From: Octopus vulgaris
Taxonomy: Eukaryota
Direction: 5' to 3'
Length of the DNA stretch: 64,000 nucleotides
Assembly: GCA_951406725.2 (NCBI GenBank)
Contig: OX597824.1
Coordinates: forward strand, 5,394,001 to 5,458,000
Shown: one piece after another, positions 28,363 through 41,100 of the stretch
Position numbering within the stretch: position 1 is the stretch's first letter
Layout: each line of letters starts with the position of its first letter
Made by a program: the position numbers and the translations under genes
The notes under the pieces: generated by a model
Databases searched by the model: none
Seen by the model: only the letters and a program-made list of their open reading frames with translations
What the model was told of the DNA's origin: nothing

Positions 28363-28996
28363 TATATATACACATATATATATGTATGTAAGTAAAGAGA
28401 TTTAATAAAGACACACAAGTATGTATGGCTACATGTATATGTGTATGTGTGTACTTGTATTTTCTACAGTATCTTTTGAAATAGCTTAATGTAATAGATA
28501 CAGAGTGCTCAACAATATAAACGAGAGAGAAAAAATGTAATCTAATATTCACATGAAGAAATAAATGCAAAATATTCCAGAGTGTGTGAGTGTTAAACAT
28601 ATTATTACTTAATTAGGAATATCAATATTCGTAATTGAGAAGAAATGAAATCAGATAATTATAGCAGTTTTCATTATGTTTGAGATGTTTGTATAGGTAG
28701 CGGTAGAGCGGCATGTTCAGGTAGGCGTACGACTTTGCAATAACAATCAACGTAGCGGGTTCAGTAAGATTGGGAAAGGTCTTTGTTGTCAAAGGTGTTG
28801 ATGGCTTTGGTGGTGGTGAAACCTCGTCTTAGGGCACGTCGATTGAATGTAAAAGAAGAAACATCAACGGAAGTGGTCATTTTGTTGAGGTTGGATCAAC
28901 AAAAAAGTATTCACGATTGAAGGATCGCGTAACGAGACGGGAAATGAAACGTGAAATAACGAAAAGAACTTCACGATGCCGGGATTAGTATTGCGT

Positions 28997-29241
28997 GAAG
29001 TTGGAAACAAAACTAAATGGCAATTTCGATGTTTATGTGTATGGTGAATGTTACATAATGTCGTCATTTTCTTTGGAGAGTGGCATGATTGGAACGATTT
29101 TGGAAGGTTACTTTGGTGAAGTTGGAAACAAAAGCAAATGGCAATTTCGATGGTTATAGCCATGGAGAATGTTACACATTGTCGTCTTATTCTTTGGAGA
29201 GTGGCAGGATTGGAGCGATTTTGGAAGGTTACTTTGGTGAA
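28997..29241. repeat. Two-copy ~121 bp tandem duplication
   Basis: GAAGTTGGAAACAAAA..GGAAGGTTACTTTGGTGAA occurs twice. Confidence 0.85.
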
Positions 29242-29585
29242 AGAGTAGAATCTTTAGCAACAGTTAAAAAAGCGATATACTCTCCATGCCCTGAAGAGGA
29301 TGAAAGCATCGCTTGTTTTATCGATGTCGTTTCGAATGTGCTGTAATAGCGTCCATCTTGGTGTTGACAAATGTGAGATTTCGGATTCTGATTGGTACCG
29401 AGAGACTCCTGTAGGAGGCGGCAGTCGGCCATTGGATAATCTACTGCTGGTGGGTCCCAATTGAAACATATTTTATTCTAAGAAAATAAAGCATTGAACA
29501 AATTGGGGTCCTACTAGTTAATAGACTTGAACTACGAAAGTGTTTGTTGAACTACGAAATGGATTGTGTGTGTGTGCGTGCGTGC

Positions 29586-29813
29586 ATTATTTAATAAATA
29601 CAGTATACATTCTTACGAGCTACTAATAGTTCCATACGATGGAAACGATTCAGACACCATTTCATAAAACGTCTGATGCCCTCTCATAATCCCCAGGCTT
29701 TCAGGATTGCGTTGAGGCAGCAGACCTATTACAAAATGGTGTCTGAAGAATTGCTTTCATCGAATGAAACTATTAGCGGCTCACAAAAACATGTACTGTG
29801 TTTATTAAATAAT
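29586..29813. mobile_element. Fold-back element with HHR-like motif (family D)
   Basis: Arms about 29586-29690 and 29705-29813 are inverted. CTGAAGA A TTGC-TTTCATC-GAAT GAAA CTAT TA at 29743-29775. Related single copy at 11311-11375. Confidence 0.65.
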
Positions 29814-29899
29814 ATTTATCTCTCACCAGATGGAGTATTATTTTGTTGAATTTACCATCACGGAACAGCACACACACTCTCTCTCCCTCTCTGTCCCTC

Positions 29900-29934
<35 letters not shown>

Positions 29935-29936
<2 letters not shown>

Positions 29937-30115
29937 GAAAACACATAGAGAAAACAAAACAACGCGAGGACGTGGAACAAGTATAGAGTTATTGGACGCT
30001 CAGGAAAGAGAAGAAAGAAGGAGGATTTAACGTTTCGAGCGGAGCTCTTTGTCAGAAACATAGGAAAAGGAAAGATCCAAGGAAAGAAAGACGGAAGAAA
30101 AAATAGTCAACGATA
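29935..30115 (-). mobile_element. Family A HHR module between (TA)n and (CA)n
   Basis: 30025-30059 minus reads GTTT CTGACAA A GAGC-TCC-GCTC GAAA CG TT AAAT. Confidence 0.75.
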
Positions 30116-30125
30116 CACACGCAGT

Positions 30126-30176
<51 letters not shown>

Positions 30177-30950
30177 CACACACACATATGTATAATATGT
30201 GTGTATGTGTGTATGTATGTATAACATATAGACACACACACACACACACACACACAAATTCACGTACGAAAGTAACATAGAAACCATATAATTGAATTAA
30301 TGTAAAACTAAGGCCATGTTTTACGAGATTTAAACAGATTTATAGAAAACAGAACACGATAAACTAGACGAGTCGAGGAGGCGTCACCTGAAATAATCAG
30401 TGAATCTTTTTTGTATATATTTATTCATAAATTATCGTTATTTTGCATCTTAAAATATTACATTATACTTCGTTTATTCCAATAAATATTTTGATGCAGG
30501 TGAGGACAAATTTTTGAATGAAATTATTTCTCACTAGACTGTGTAGTACGTTCCTATATTCAGAAGTTACGTATCCAAGTAAAAGATCTTAAAAAAACTG
30601 CTTAATATGTATATTTTAGTTGACGCTAACTTCGTTTTTGTTTTCTGTGTGTTAGGTTTCGCAATGCAGTGAAAGTGATTTATTTTAACTGGTTAAATTC
30701 TGACAGGTGTAAATCTTTTTTGTCTATGATTTTTTTTCCCTCTAATTCAAATATAATTTAATTTAACACCGACTCTGATTTCAATATATTTAGTTTCTGC
30801 TTCACGCAAGCGAGTCTTTGAACTTCTATTAGCTTTTGACGAAGCAATTCTTAATTCAGTTTCTTTAGTTTTAATGCATAAATATTTTATTAACTCTTTG
30901 CAGCATTACACTTGTGGAATTTATGTTAATATTTTATTAGTTCATTTCTA

Positions 30951-31198
30951 CAGTTCTATATTTAAGAAATGAAGAATTATGTACATTATTAACATTATTT
31001 ACATTTGACGGATATTTGTCCTCATCTTATTTTTTGTTAACACAATGTTTCGGCTGATATACCCTCCAGCCTTCATCAGGTGTCTTGGGGAAATTTCGAA
31101 CCTGGGTTCTCATTACTAACGTATTTTTCGATGTTATCATTCTTCTTCTTCTTCTTCTTCTTCTTCTTCTTCTTCTTCTTCTTCTTCTTCTTCTTCTT

Positions 31199-31229
<31 letters not shown>

Positions 31230-31283
31230 TTATTATTATTATTATTATTAATATTATTATTATTATTATTATCATTATTATTA

Positions 31284-31344
<61 letters not shown>

Positions 31345-31463
31345 CATTATTATTATTATTCGGAATTTTGGGGTTAGTAGCCCACGCTCTTAACCACTAC
31401 GCCATATTCCCATGGGACATATGCTCTTAACACCAAGATTCCGAGTTCAATTCCAGGGAGTGA

Positions 31464-31512
<49 letters not shown>

Positions 31513-31643
31513 GTCGAAAAATACCTTAGGAATGAGAACACAGGTTCAAAATTTCCGCAAGACACCTGCTGAAGGCAGGAGGGTATATCAGATGAAATAG
31601 CAAACAAGATGCGGACAAATATCCATCAAATGTAAATAATGTA
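30951..31643 (-). mobile_element. tRNA-head/HHR element (family C), head-to-head inverted pair
   Basis: Minus copy 30951-31410 (tRNA-like head 31361-31410, HHR 31040-31083) joined at CCCATGGG to a plus copy at 31415-31643. Confidence 0.85.
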
Positions 31644-32064
31644 GCTCATTTTTGTATTTTCGAAAGTACAAATCCGAAACGCTGAAGAATAGGATATATT
31701 CAGAGAGAACACTACAACCATCAGTAAGGGAAAAAGATTTTTTTTGAAAATCGAAACCATCTGTCAGAAAAGAAACCGTGAGAGAACACAAAAGAAAGAT
31801 CATGGAATTAAGATAAAATAACAAAAAGTTAAAATAAAACAAAAAAACAACGAGTGAATCTTTACGTGGTCGCCTGACTTGCTTGATATAACAGCCAAAC
31901 GTCCTGCAAATCAAACTCTTCCACGATGAATAGGGGAGATTTGTCTGACACAGTAGAGTCTTTGATATACAAAAGCTGTAATGTTCATTGCTGGAACGGT
32001 TATATATTAGCGCCATCAAGCCATGTTAGTGCTTTAACATTGAAATGATATGCTGCTGCTGCTT

Positions 32065-32122
<58 letters not shown>

Positions 32123-32281
32123 CACTACCACCACCACTACATTGACTCTGTGAGGCCCAACACTCGTAACGAACTCAGCTACTTTGGTTCCGTGAGGCCC
32201 ACATATGTGTGGGTGTATGTACATATTTATGTATATATATATATATGTATGTATATATCTATATATATATATATATGTATG

Positions 32282-32312
<31 letters not shown>

Positions 32313-32867
32313 ATATCTATATACATTTGTATATATATATATATATATATATGTACACACACATATACACAAGCATATATGGCATTGTATCTAAATGTGT
32401 ATATACGCATTTGCGCACAGACATGTGGACATATTCGGTGTATATTTTGTGTTTGTGTATATGTGAGCAGAGACGCATATGCATATTAGCAAAATAGGAG
32501 GGGAAATTGATGGATAGAAAAACGAAATATATCTTGAAAATTTTCAGCATGGGTGAAGAAAGGCAATTGGTTATCACGTGTGTCCCTAAAGGAAACGTAA
32601 ACACTGGAGAGACAGATATCTCGAATAAAAAATTCATTTGACTATAAGAATAAGCGAAGACAATTGTGAATGGAAACAAAGTTTGTAAAATAGTTTCGCA
32701 GGTTGTATATTGTATCAATTCTCTTGTGTATTGCGTCAGAAAGAATATTTCCTTTAACGTAATAAGCGAAGCTGAAAAATAATTTATGCATTGTTCTTTT
32801 CAGCACATTCTTCAAATCCACTTCGGTATCAGTAACTAACTCTATGCGTTTTGTTCCTCACCCTCAT

Positions 32868-33283
32868 ATGTATGCATGTATGTATGTATGTATGTATGTA
32901 TGTATGTATGTATGTATGTATGTATGTATGTATGTATGTATGTATGTATGTATGTATGTATGTATGTATGTATGTATGTATGTATGTATGTATGTATGTA
33001 TGTATGTATGTATGTATGTATGTATGTATGTATGTATGTATGTATGTATGTATGTATGTATGTATGTATGTATGTCTGTATGTATTTATGTATGTATGTA
33101 TGGAATGATGGATGTATGCATGTATGTATGCATGCATACATGCATGCATGCATGTATGTATGTATGTATGTATGTATGTATGTATGCATGGTATGGATGG
33201 ATGTATGTATGCATGTATGTATGTATGTATGTATGCATGTATGCATGTATGTATGTATTTATGTATGTGTGCATGTATGTATT

Positions 33284-33314
<31 letters not shown>

Positions 33315-33478
33315 TTATATATGTATGTATGGTGTGTGTGTATGTATGTATGTATGTATATGCGTGTGTGTATGTATGTATGTATGTATGTATGTATGTA
33401 TGTATGTATGTATGTATTTATGTATGTGTGTATGTATTATTGTATGTATGTATATGTGTATGCATGTATGTATGTACG
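32868..33478. repeat. (TATG)n array, ~610 bp
   Basis: Seen directly; pure 5' part, degenerate 3' part. Confidence 0.97.
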
Positions 33479-33911
33479 AACGTGTTTCGGATTTTTTCCG
33501 TCTCCTACAATTTTTTCCATTCTTATTTCTTACTCATAAGTTTTCCTCCCAGTTTTACTTCTGTATTATATCAACCTCAACCAAATTCTTCTCAAGATTT
33601 ATTCAGGAGATTCATAATAAAATATTTCTGCCATTTTTCATGCCGTACGCTCATTTCTTTTATCAACAGATTCGCATATCTTTTAGTTATTTGTTTTATT
33701 TAAAGAACTTTTTTTGTCTTAGTTGACAAAAAGTTTGGGAAACGAAGCTCACAGTCAGCTTTGTCCACTAAATGAAAGAAAGAAAAATATAGTAGACTAG
33801 CCATGTGTAATGTTGTAAGTATAAATTCTTTCCTCACATCAATCTCGATGCTCTAACAAGCCTACAGAAGACTCTCCCCCTCTCTCTTTATCTCCCTTTA
33901 CAATATACACA

Positions 33912-34765
33912 TTTATATATATATATATGCCTGTGTGTGTGTATGATTAATGTATAGATGTAAAAAATGTAGCCACGGTAAATGTAAGTTCTATTTATAA
34001 CACGTCATTAGACCCTGGTGGAATAACTTGATGAATATACAGAATTAGCTAAACCAAACGCTGAGACCAGCAAATGCAGAATAAATAGCAGAAAATCATA
34101 AAAATCCATGTAAAGTTAATAATTTGATTGTTCTCTACAGCTGTTTCAAGAACATAAGCTGTATTTTGTTATATAACTACCTCATAAAGTCACAATTTAA
34201 AAGTGATGTGTTACTCATTCTTCGGGAGAAAAAGCAATGATGCTCAAACTTTAATGGTTGAAAAAAATAGGAGAATTTACATAAAGTATAAATTTATGCT
34301 ACTTGTACCTACGTACGTTTCGCCATTGTGGTTGTTTGAAATTCTGACTTGGATGTTCCAAGAGAAATTGGATCATCAGGGAACATTTCATTGCATTTAA
34401 GTTATGGAGCGCTAATGTCTAGGAAGTTGAGAAGATGGCGAGGCATTTTATAAATATACTGAGAGAGAAAGAGAAAGGAATTGGCAGCGGGAAATACATA
34501 GGATCTAATGAACAAGAAAGAAAAAGAAAGACGGAGGAAGGAGAGACAAAATAGAGAAGAGAGAGATGGGGGAGAGAGAGAGAAACAGCAGAAAAATTCA
34601 GAGAAAAATGAAGAGAGAAAAGCAGAAAGAGAAAAAAAACAATAGATAATAATTAAAGAAAGAAAGAATGAAAAAGAAAGGTAAAACTAAGCTAGACAAC
34701 TACAAAACGGAAAAAAACATGTATAAAAAATTAATTAAAATATGTGCATATATGCAAATACATAC

Positions 34766-34813
<48 letters not shown>

Positions 34814-34840
34814 GTATATATATATATATTTATATATATG

Positions 34841-34900
<60 letters not shown>

Positions 34901-35240
34901 TGTGTGTGTATGATTAATGTATAAATGTAAAAAATATAGCCACGGTAAATGTAAGTTCTATTTATAACACGTCATTAAACTCTGGTGGAATAACTTGATG
35001 AATATACAGAATTAGCTAAACCAAACGCTGAGACCAGCAAATGCAGAATAAATAGCAGAAAATCATAAAAATCCATGTAAAGTTAATAATTTAATTGTTC
35101 TCTACAGCTGTTTCAAGAACATAAGCTGTATTTTGTTATATAACTACCTCATGAAGTCACAATTTAAAAGTGATGTGTTACTCATTCTTCGGGAGAAAAA
35201 GCAATGATGCTCAAACTTTAATGGTTGAAAAAAATATGAG
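33912..35240. repeat. Local direct duplication of ~350 bp
   Basis: 33912-34270 is repeated at about 34880-35240 with few differences. Confidence 0.92.
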
Positions 35241-35489
35241 AGAGTGAGAGAAGGAGAGAAAACAGAAAGAGAGAGAGAGAGAGAACAGAAAGAGAGAGAG
35301 AGAGAGAGAAGAGAAAGAGAGAGAGGGAACAGAAAGAGAGAGAGAGGGAGAGAGAACAGAAAGAGAGAGAGAGAGAGAAGAGAGAAAGAGAGAGAGGGAA
35401 CAGAAAGAGAGAGAGAGGGAGAGAGAACAGAAAGAGAGAGAGAGGGAACAGAAAGAGAGAGAGAGAGAAAACAGAAAGAGAGAGAGAGA

Positions 35490-35520
<31 letters not shown>

Positions 35521-36268
35521 ACAGAAAGAGAGAGAGAGAACAGAAAGAGAGAGAGAGAGAGAACAGAAAGAGAGAGAGAGAGAGAACAGAAAGAGAGAGA
35601 GAGGGAACAGAAAGAGAGAGAGAGAGAAAACAGAAAGAGAGAGAGAGAACAGAAAGAGAGAGAGAGAGAGAGAACAGAAAGAGAGAGAGAGAGAGAGAGA
35701 ACAGAAAGAGAGAGAGAACAGAAAGAGAGAGAGAGAACAGAAAGAGAGAGAGAGTGAACAGAAAGAGAGAGAGAACAGAAAGAGAGAGAGAACAGAAAGA
35801 GAGAGAGAGAGAACAGAAAGAGAGAGAGAGAAAACAGAAAGAGAGAGAGAGAGAACAGAAAGAGAGAGAGAACAGAAAGAGAATGAGAGAGAACAGAAAG
35901 AGAGAGAGAGAGAACAGAAAGAGAGAGAGAGAAAACAGAAAGAGAGAGAGAACAGAAAGAGAGAGAGAGAGGACAGAAAGAGAGAGAGAGAGAACAGAAA
36001 GAGAGAGAGAGAGAGAACAGAAAGAGAGAGAGAGAACAGAAAGAGAGAGAGAGAGAACAGAAAGAGAGAGAGAGAGACAGAAAGAGAGAGAGAGAGAGAA
36101 CAGAAAGAGAGAGAGAGAAAACAGAAAGAGAGAGAGAACAGAAAGAGAGAGAGAGAACAGAAAGAGAGAGAGAACAGAAAGAGAGAGAGAACAGAAAGAG
36201 AGAGAGAACAGAAAGAGAGAGAGAGAGAGAACAGAAAGAGAGAGAGAGAAAACAGAAAGAGAGAGAGA

Positions 36269-36299
<31 letters not shown>

Positions 36300-36715
36300 A
36301 CATAAAGAGAGAGAGAGAACAGAAAGAGAGAGAGAACAGAAAGAGAGAGAGAGAGAGAGAAAACATAAAGAGAGAGAGAGAACAGAAAGAGAGAGAGAGA
36401 ATGAACAGAAAGAGAGAGAGAACAGAAAGAGAGAGAGAGAGAGAGAGAACAGAAAGAGAGAGAGAACAGAAAGAGAGAGAGAGAACAGAAAGAGAGAGAG
36501 AGAGAGAGAAAACATAAAGAGAGAGAGAGAACAGAAAGAGAGAGAGAGTGAACAGAAAGAGAGAGAGAAAACAGAAAGAGAGAGAGAGAACAGAAAGAGA
36601 GAGAACAGAAAGAGAGAGAACAGAAAGAGAGAGAACAGAAAGAGAGAGAGAGAACAGAAAGAGAGAGAGAGAGAGAATGACAACAAAGAGAGTGAACAGA
36701 GGAAAACAGAAAAAA
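35240..36715. repeat. Purine-rich minisatellite [(GA)n ACAGAAA]m, ~1.5 kb
   Basis: Variable-length GA runs punctuated by ACAGAAA or ACATAAA. Confidence 0.97.
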
Positions 36716-36906
36716 AGAAGACATTTAAAAGATATACATTTGAATACTATTTTATGCCATTTGTTCCGCAGTAGATCGTGGAATTACGAGCTATTAATGA
36801 AATTTATGCTTTTTTTTCTTTTTTTTATTTCTCTGTCTCTTTCTCGCTGTCTCTCTCCCTCTCACTCTCTAACTCGCTCTTTGTATATATGCATGTATAT
36901 ATACAT

Positions 36907-36937
<31 letters not shown>

Positions 36938-37307
36938 CACACACACACACACAAACGCATACACATATATACAATATACAAATATGCATACATGCATGCA
37001 AACATACATAATACCTAAATACTTTTATCTTGTCAGATCTGGTTACTATTTCGAGTCGATCAAGTGATCACGTATAGGTCTTCTTGATGGCCTCGAGGAT
37101 TAAATTATCTTGAGCGGAAGGCACAGTAAGCACTGATGAAATATGTAAAGCCGACAATTCGGGTGTGTATCCGACACTCTGTCAAACTTTCACTTTAATA
37201 ATTAATTTAGTTCTTCGCTTTCCATTTAAAGAATGCTTCCTAACAAAATGTAAATGCTTCTGTGAGTTGAACTACTAGAAATTACGGCCAAGTGTACTTC
37301 AAGTGGG

Positions 37308-37692
37308 TGGAGGCGCAATGGCCCAGTGGTTAGGGCAGCGGACTCGCGGTCGTAGGATCGCGGTTTCGATTCCCAGACCGGGCGTTGTGAGTGTTTATTG
37401 AGCGAAAACACCTAAATGCTCCACGAGGCTCCGTCAGGGATGGTGGTGATCCCTGCTGTACTCTTTCACCAGAACTTTCTCTCACTCTTACTTCCTGTTT
37501 CTGTTGTACCTGTATTTCAAAGGGCCGGCCTTGTCACTCTCTGTGTCACGCTGAATATCCCCGATAACTACGTTAAGGGTACACGTGTCTGTGGAGTGCT
37601 CAGCCACTTACACGTTAATTTCACGAGCAGGCTGTTCCGTTGATTCGGATCAACCAGAACCCTCGTCGTCGTAACCGACGGAGTGCTTCCAT
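37308..37692 (+). mobile_element. tRNA(Arg)-like SINE family 1, full length with TSD
   Basis: TGGCCCAGTGG A box, GGTTTCGATTCC B box, TCG at the anticodon position. TSD ACTTCAAGTGG at 37296-37306 and 37695-37705. Confidence 0.93.
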
Positions 37693-39032
37693 CCACTTCA
37701 AGTGGCTTTTACCGACATGGATAAAAGGAAAATTAATTGGATCTTGTACCACTGTTGAGTAGTGTTGCGCACTTGGGAGTACACTGCTGTGAATCTGATA
37801 TGATCAGAGAAATCGAAAGAATGGAGGGCTGTACAGAAAACAAGTGTTTCACTGGATCCCGAACGGATCCTTACCGGGGCCGCGTTCCCATTAGAGCCTT
37901 GAATATCATGACAAAGTTGATCTAATAAGCAGCTTCACAGCCCACAAATTGTAAGGCTGATTATCTGGTCTTCTTCAGTGGCATGAAGGAGGAACCTAAT
38001 GTAGCTGAAACGATATGGATATAACAGGAATTCTCTTAGCTTTAATATCTTTGACAATGTGTGTGTGTGTGATAAAACTGCTCCAGGGTTACACTTGAGC
38101 TGGAACATATATTTAAGACGTAAAATATACGGTGTTGTTAATTGTTGATTAAAACTCATTAAGGTTCAAATTTATGAGAAAACGTCAACAGATGAGAGAT
38201 TTAAGAAATAACAAAGGAGCATCTACATAGTTGCTCAACCTGCTAGAAAGAACAGCCAAAATTCCTTCAAATTACACGGTAGCGCCTTAAAAAAGACACT
38301 ATGTTGCATAATTTTGTCTCGGATTCTTTGAATATGAGCACAGACATGATGGTCACGCCTGGAATGTCTTTGATAAACGATCTGGTCAGTGAAAGGAAAT
38401 CTGGGTTTGACCAACTCAATCACCAGTAACAACAGTAACAACAACAACAACAATGTTTCCGAACATGGTCTTTCAGCAATGAAATTCTTCATGTTATGTT
38501 ATCCGTGTTTGGTTAAGAATCGGGATTACACAAAGGAAGAATGTTGCAAGTTATGGTGACTTGCACAATAGCGAAACGAGAACGAATTTTCTTTCTGCCA
38601 AAAGAGAATAGAATTTCTTAGTCAAACAGAAGAGCGTGAGAAGACTAGAGAATAAGTAGTAAATGTAAAATGTCCCAAAAGCTGAATAAATTTCTGTCCA
38701 TTCTTTCACAATCACGTGGATCTGCATGGTTAATCGCAACTTACGGAACTCCCTAACACATAACGGCTAAATTTCCTTTAGCTTTGAAAGCATCGGCAAT
38801 ACTGTAAATTTGACGATTGTTCGGTTGGTTTGAAGCGCCGAGTTTGCATTTAAAAGTGAGTCTTGGCGAAAAAAAAATCGAAACTTGTCTTTGAATCACT
38901 GTTTGAAAACCAAGTTTTCAACCACATAATTTCGTTACACTTCTAATTATGGAAGCCATGGAACCCGACCAGAGACACAAAGCTTGTTTTCTCAAGCTCT
39001 TAGTTCCAACGATTCCAGTATATTATCCGCAA

Positions 39033-39250
39033 CTAGCAGTATCGCCCGGCGTTGCTCGGGTTTGTTTCGACCCTTTAGAATTGGAATTTTTGAAAAGTAA
39101 AAATGTTGCATTATGTAGCTTGTTATTCTCTTTAAGTGAACATTTTTCTGGTTGAAATATACCGAAAAATGGCGATACAGCAGTCAAAAGATCGTAAAAA
39201 AATAGAGATTTTCATAGAAAAAAAGCACCTTTCTGATGTAAATAAGAGAT
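39033..39250 (-). mobile_element. Helitron 3' end (right boundary uncertain)
   Basis: CTAGCAGTATCGCCCGGCGTTGCTCGG is identical to 25582-25608; the interior differs. Confidence 0.7.
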
Positions 39251-40346
39251 TTATGTTAATCCGATAGAGAGATTTATGTTAGTGGTTCTAAACGGAATAA
39301 AATCAGAAGTTGGTTCTTTACAGTCTTGATTCTAAACGAATAGGCTGGAAACTAGACATTTTAAAGCATTTCAGTAAGTGTGGCACAGTGATATCGAACT
39401 CATAGCCACATTGGTTGCGATGTCGGCGACTTCCTGTTATTGCTATCATCATAATTTTAATACTTATGATGCTTATTTTAGATTCAGGTGACCTGATGAG
39501 ATTGGAACAAATTCTGAAAAAATTAAAACGAAATCTGTTCTTCCTTTTGCATAAGCCATGCTGATTCAAGCGTTCCTTTTCTTTCCTTCAATATTTACCT
39601 CAATAAACAAACGAATAACAACAACAAAAGGGAAGAAAGCTAGAGTTGATAGATTTGGATTTACATTCCGAGAGCTAGTTTTTCATATATTTTGCTCACG
39701 CTCTCACTAACCACAGTCAAAAGAATAAAAGTAAAGTATATATTAAAAAAATTCAAATCAATAATTTATCTACTTAAATAGCTGTTATTGCAGAAAGTCT
39801 TCAAGATGTAATACTTTTTTGAAAACCATTTCTGAAAGCGAACAACACTTCAGATATTGTATTGTTTAGAATTATATCAGAATTTTATAACTCTTAAAAA
39901 TATATTATTTGGAAATTCGATTTCTTATCTCATACCTCAATAGAATTCTGTTTTTTTTTTTTAACTGAGTTCAATAAATGATTGCATGTTTTCAAACATA
40001 ATGAAATATATAGCAAATATGTCAGAAAATGAAAGCAAAGTAAATTTAATGAGTGTTTGGGAAAAATGGGGAATTTAAATAAGCCGTTCGCATGAAATGC
40101 ATTTTATTAAATTGACGGTCTCAACTGGATTATCCAATAAATTGTAGGGATGCCTCCAAAAGGATTTATAGTTCGCAGAGCGTTAAAAATATTCGCATAG
40201 CATTCATTGTTGATGCATCTATTTCACACTGAACCTGTCCATGCAATAGAAATAACGATACAGGTGTGATGTAACGTACCAATGGAATCAGTAAGATCCT
40301 TTCATGGGTGACCTAGCTGACGAAATAGAAAATCGTTAAAATAATA

Positions 40347-40894
40347 TATTTCTTTACTGCCCACAAGGGGGTAAACACAGAGAGGACAAACAAGGACAGA
40401 CAAACGGATTAAGTCGATTACATCGACCCCAGTGCGTAACTGGTACTTAATTTACCGACCCCGAAAGGATGAAAGGCAAAGTCGACCTCGGCGGAATGTG
40501 AACTCAGAACGTAACGGCAGACGAAATATCTATTTCTTTACTACCCACAAGGAGCTAAACACAGAGAGGACAAACAAGGACAGGCAAAAGGATTAAGTTG
40601 ATTACATCGACCCCAGTGCGTAACAGGTACTTAATTTATCGACCCTGAAAGGATGAAAAGCAAAGTCGACCTCGGCGGAATTTGAACTCAGAACGTAACG
40701 GCTGACGAAATACGGCTACGCATTTCGCCCGGCGTTAAAGAGTCAGCAGAAGTTCGCCATTACCTTCTGCCGGAGCCGCGTGGAACTCAGGTGTTTTCGC
40801 TCATAAACACACACATCGCCCGGTCTGAGATTCGAACCCGTGATCCCTCGACCGCGAGTCCGCTGCTCTAACCACTAGGCTATGTGACTCCACT
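40347..40894 (-). mobile_element. Chimeric SINE: family 1 head fused to a family 3 dimer
   Basis: A single 16 bp TSD AATCGTTAAAATAATA (40331-40346 and 40895-40910) brackets both parts. Confidence 0.88.
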
Positions 40895-41100
40895 AATCGT
40901 TAAAATAATAGACTGGACGCGACCACAGCAACCTATCATTCTGTAGATGTTACCTTTCAATCATTCTATTTCGAATTAGTTCCATATCGCTGTCTCAACA
41001 AATTCAAAATTACATGTATTTAATTCATCATTCATCATGGGTGCTTCACCTAGGTTGGTGCAGTCTGTTTCGATGAGGAGAGCAGAATAAAATGATACGT

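Noticed and set aside
33478-33512. Additional HHR on the minus strand (GGA-AAAAA-TCC GAAA CACG TT)
   Set aside because: CUGANGA core and stem I not recognisable.
32829-33726. MYVC and HTYI repeat ORFs (also 47826-48508)
   Set aside because: (TATG)n microsatellite translations.
35144-36724. Long ORFs of 353-526 aa (SL- or RE-rich)
   Set aside because: Translations of the GA minisatellite, open in several frames on both strands.
37308-37385. Functional tRNA-Arg(TCG) gene
   Set aside because: SINE head, continuous with core and tail inside a TSD.
37941-38024. CUB-like exon PTNCKADYLVFFSG
   Set aside because: Very short similarity, runs into a stop, and no supporting neighbouring exons.
38238-38262. 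Resemblance of GCTAGAAA(T)AGC-type hairpins to the Cas9 sgRNA scaffold, or a CRISPR array
   Set aside because: Short coincidental tetraloop hairpin; no repeat-spacer array or cas genes; eukaryotic context.
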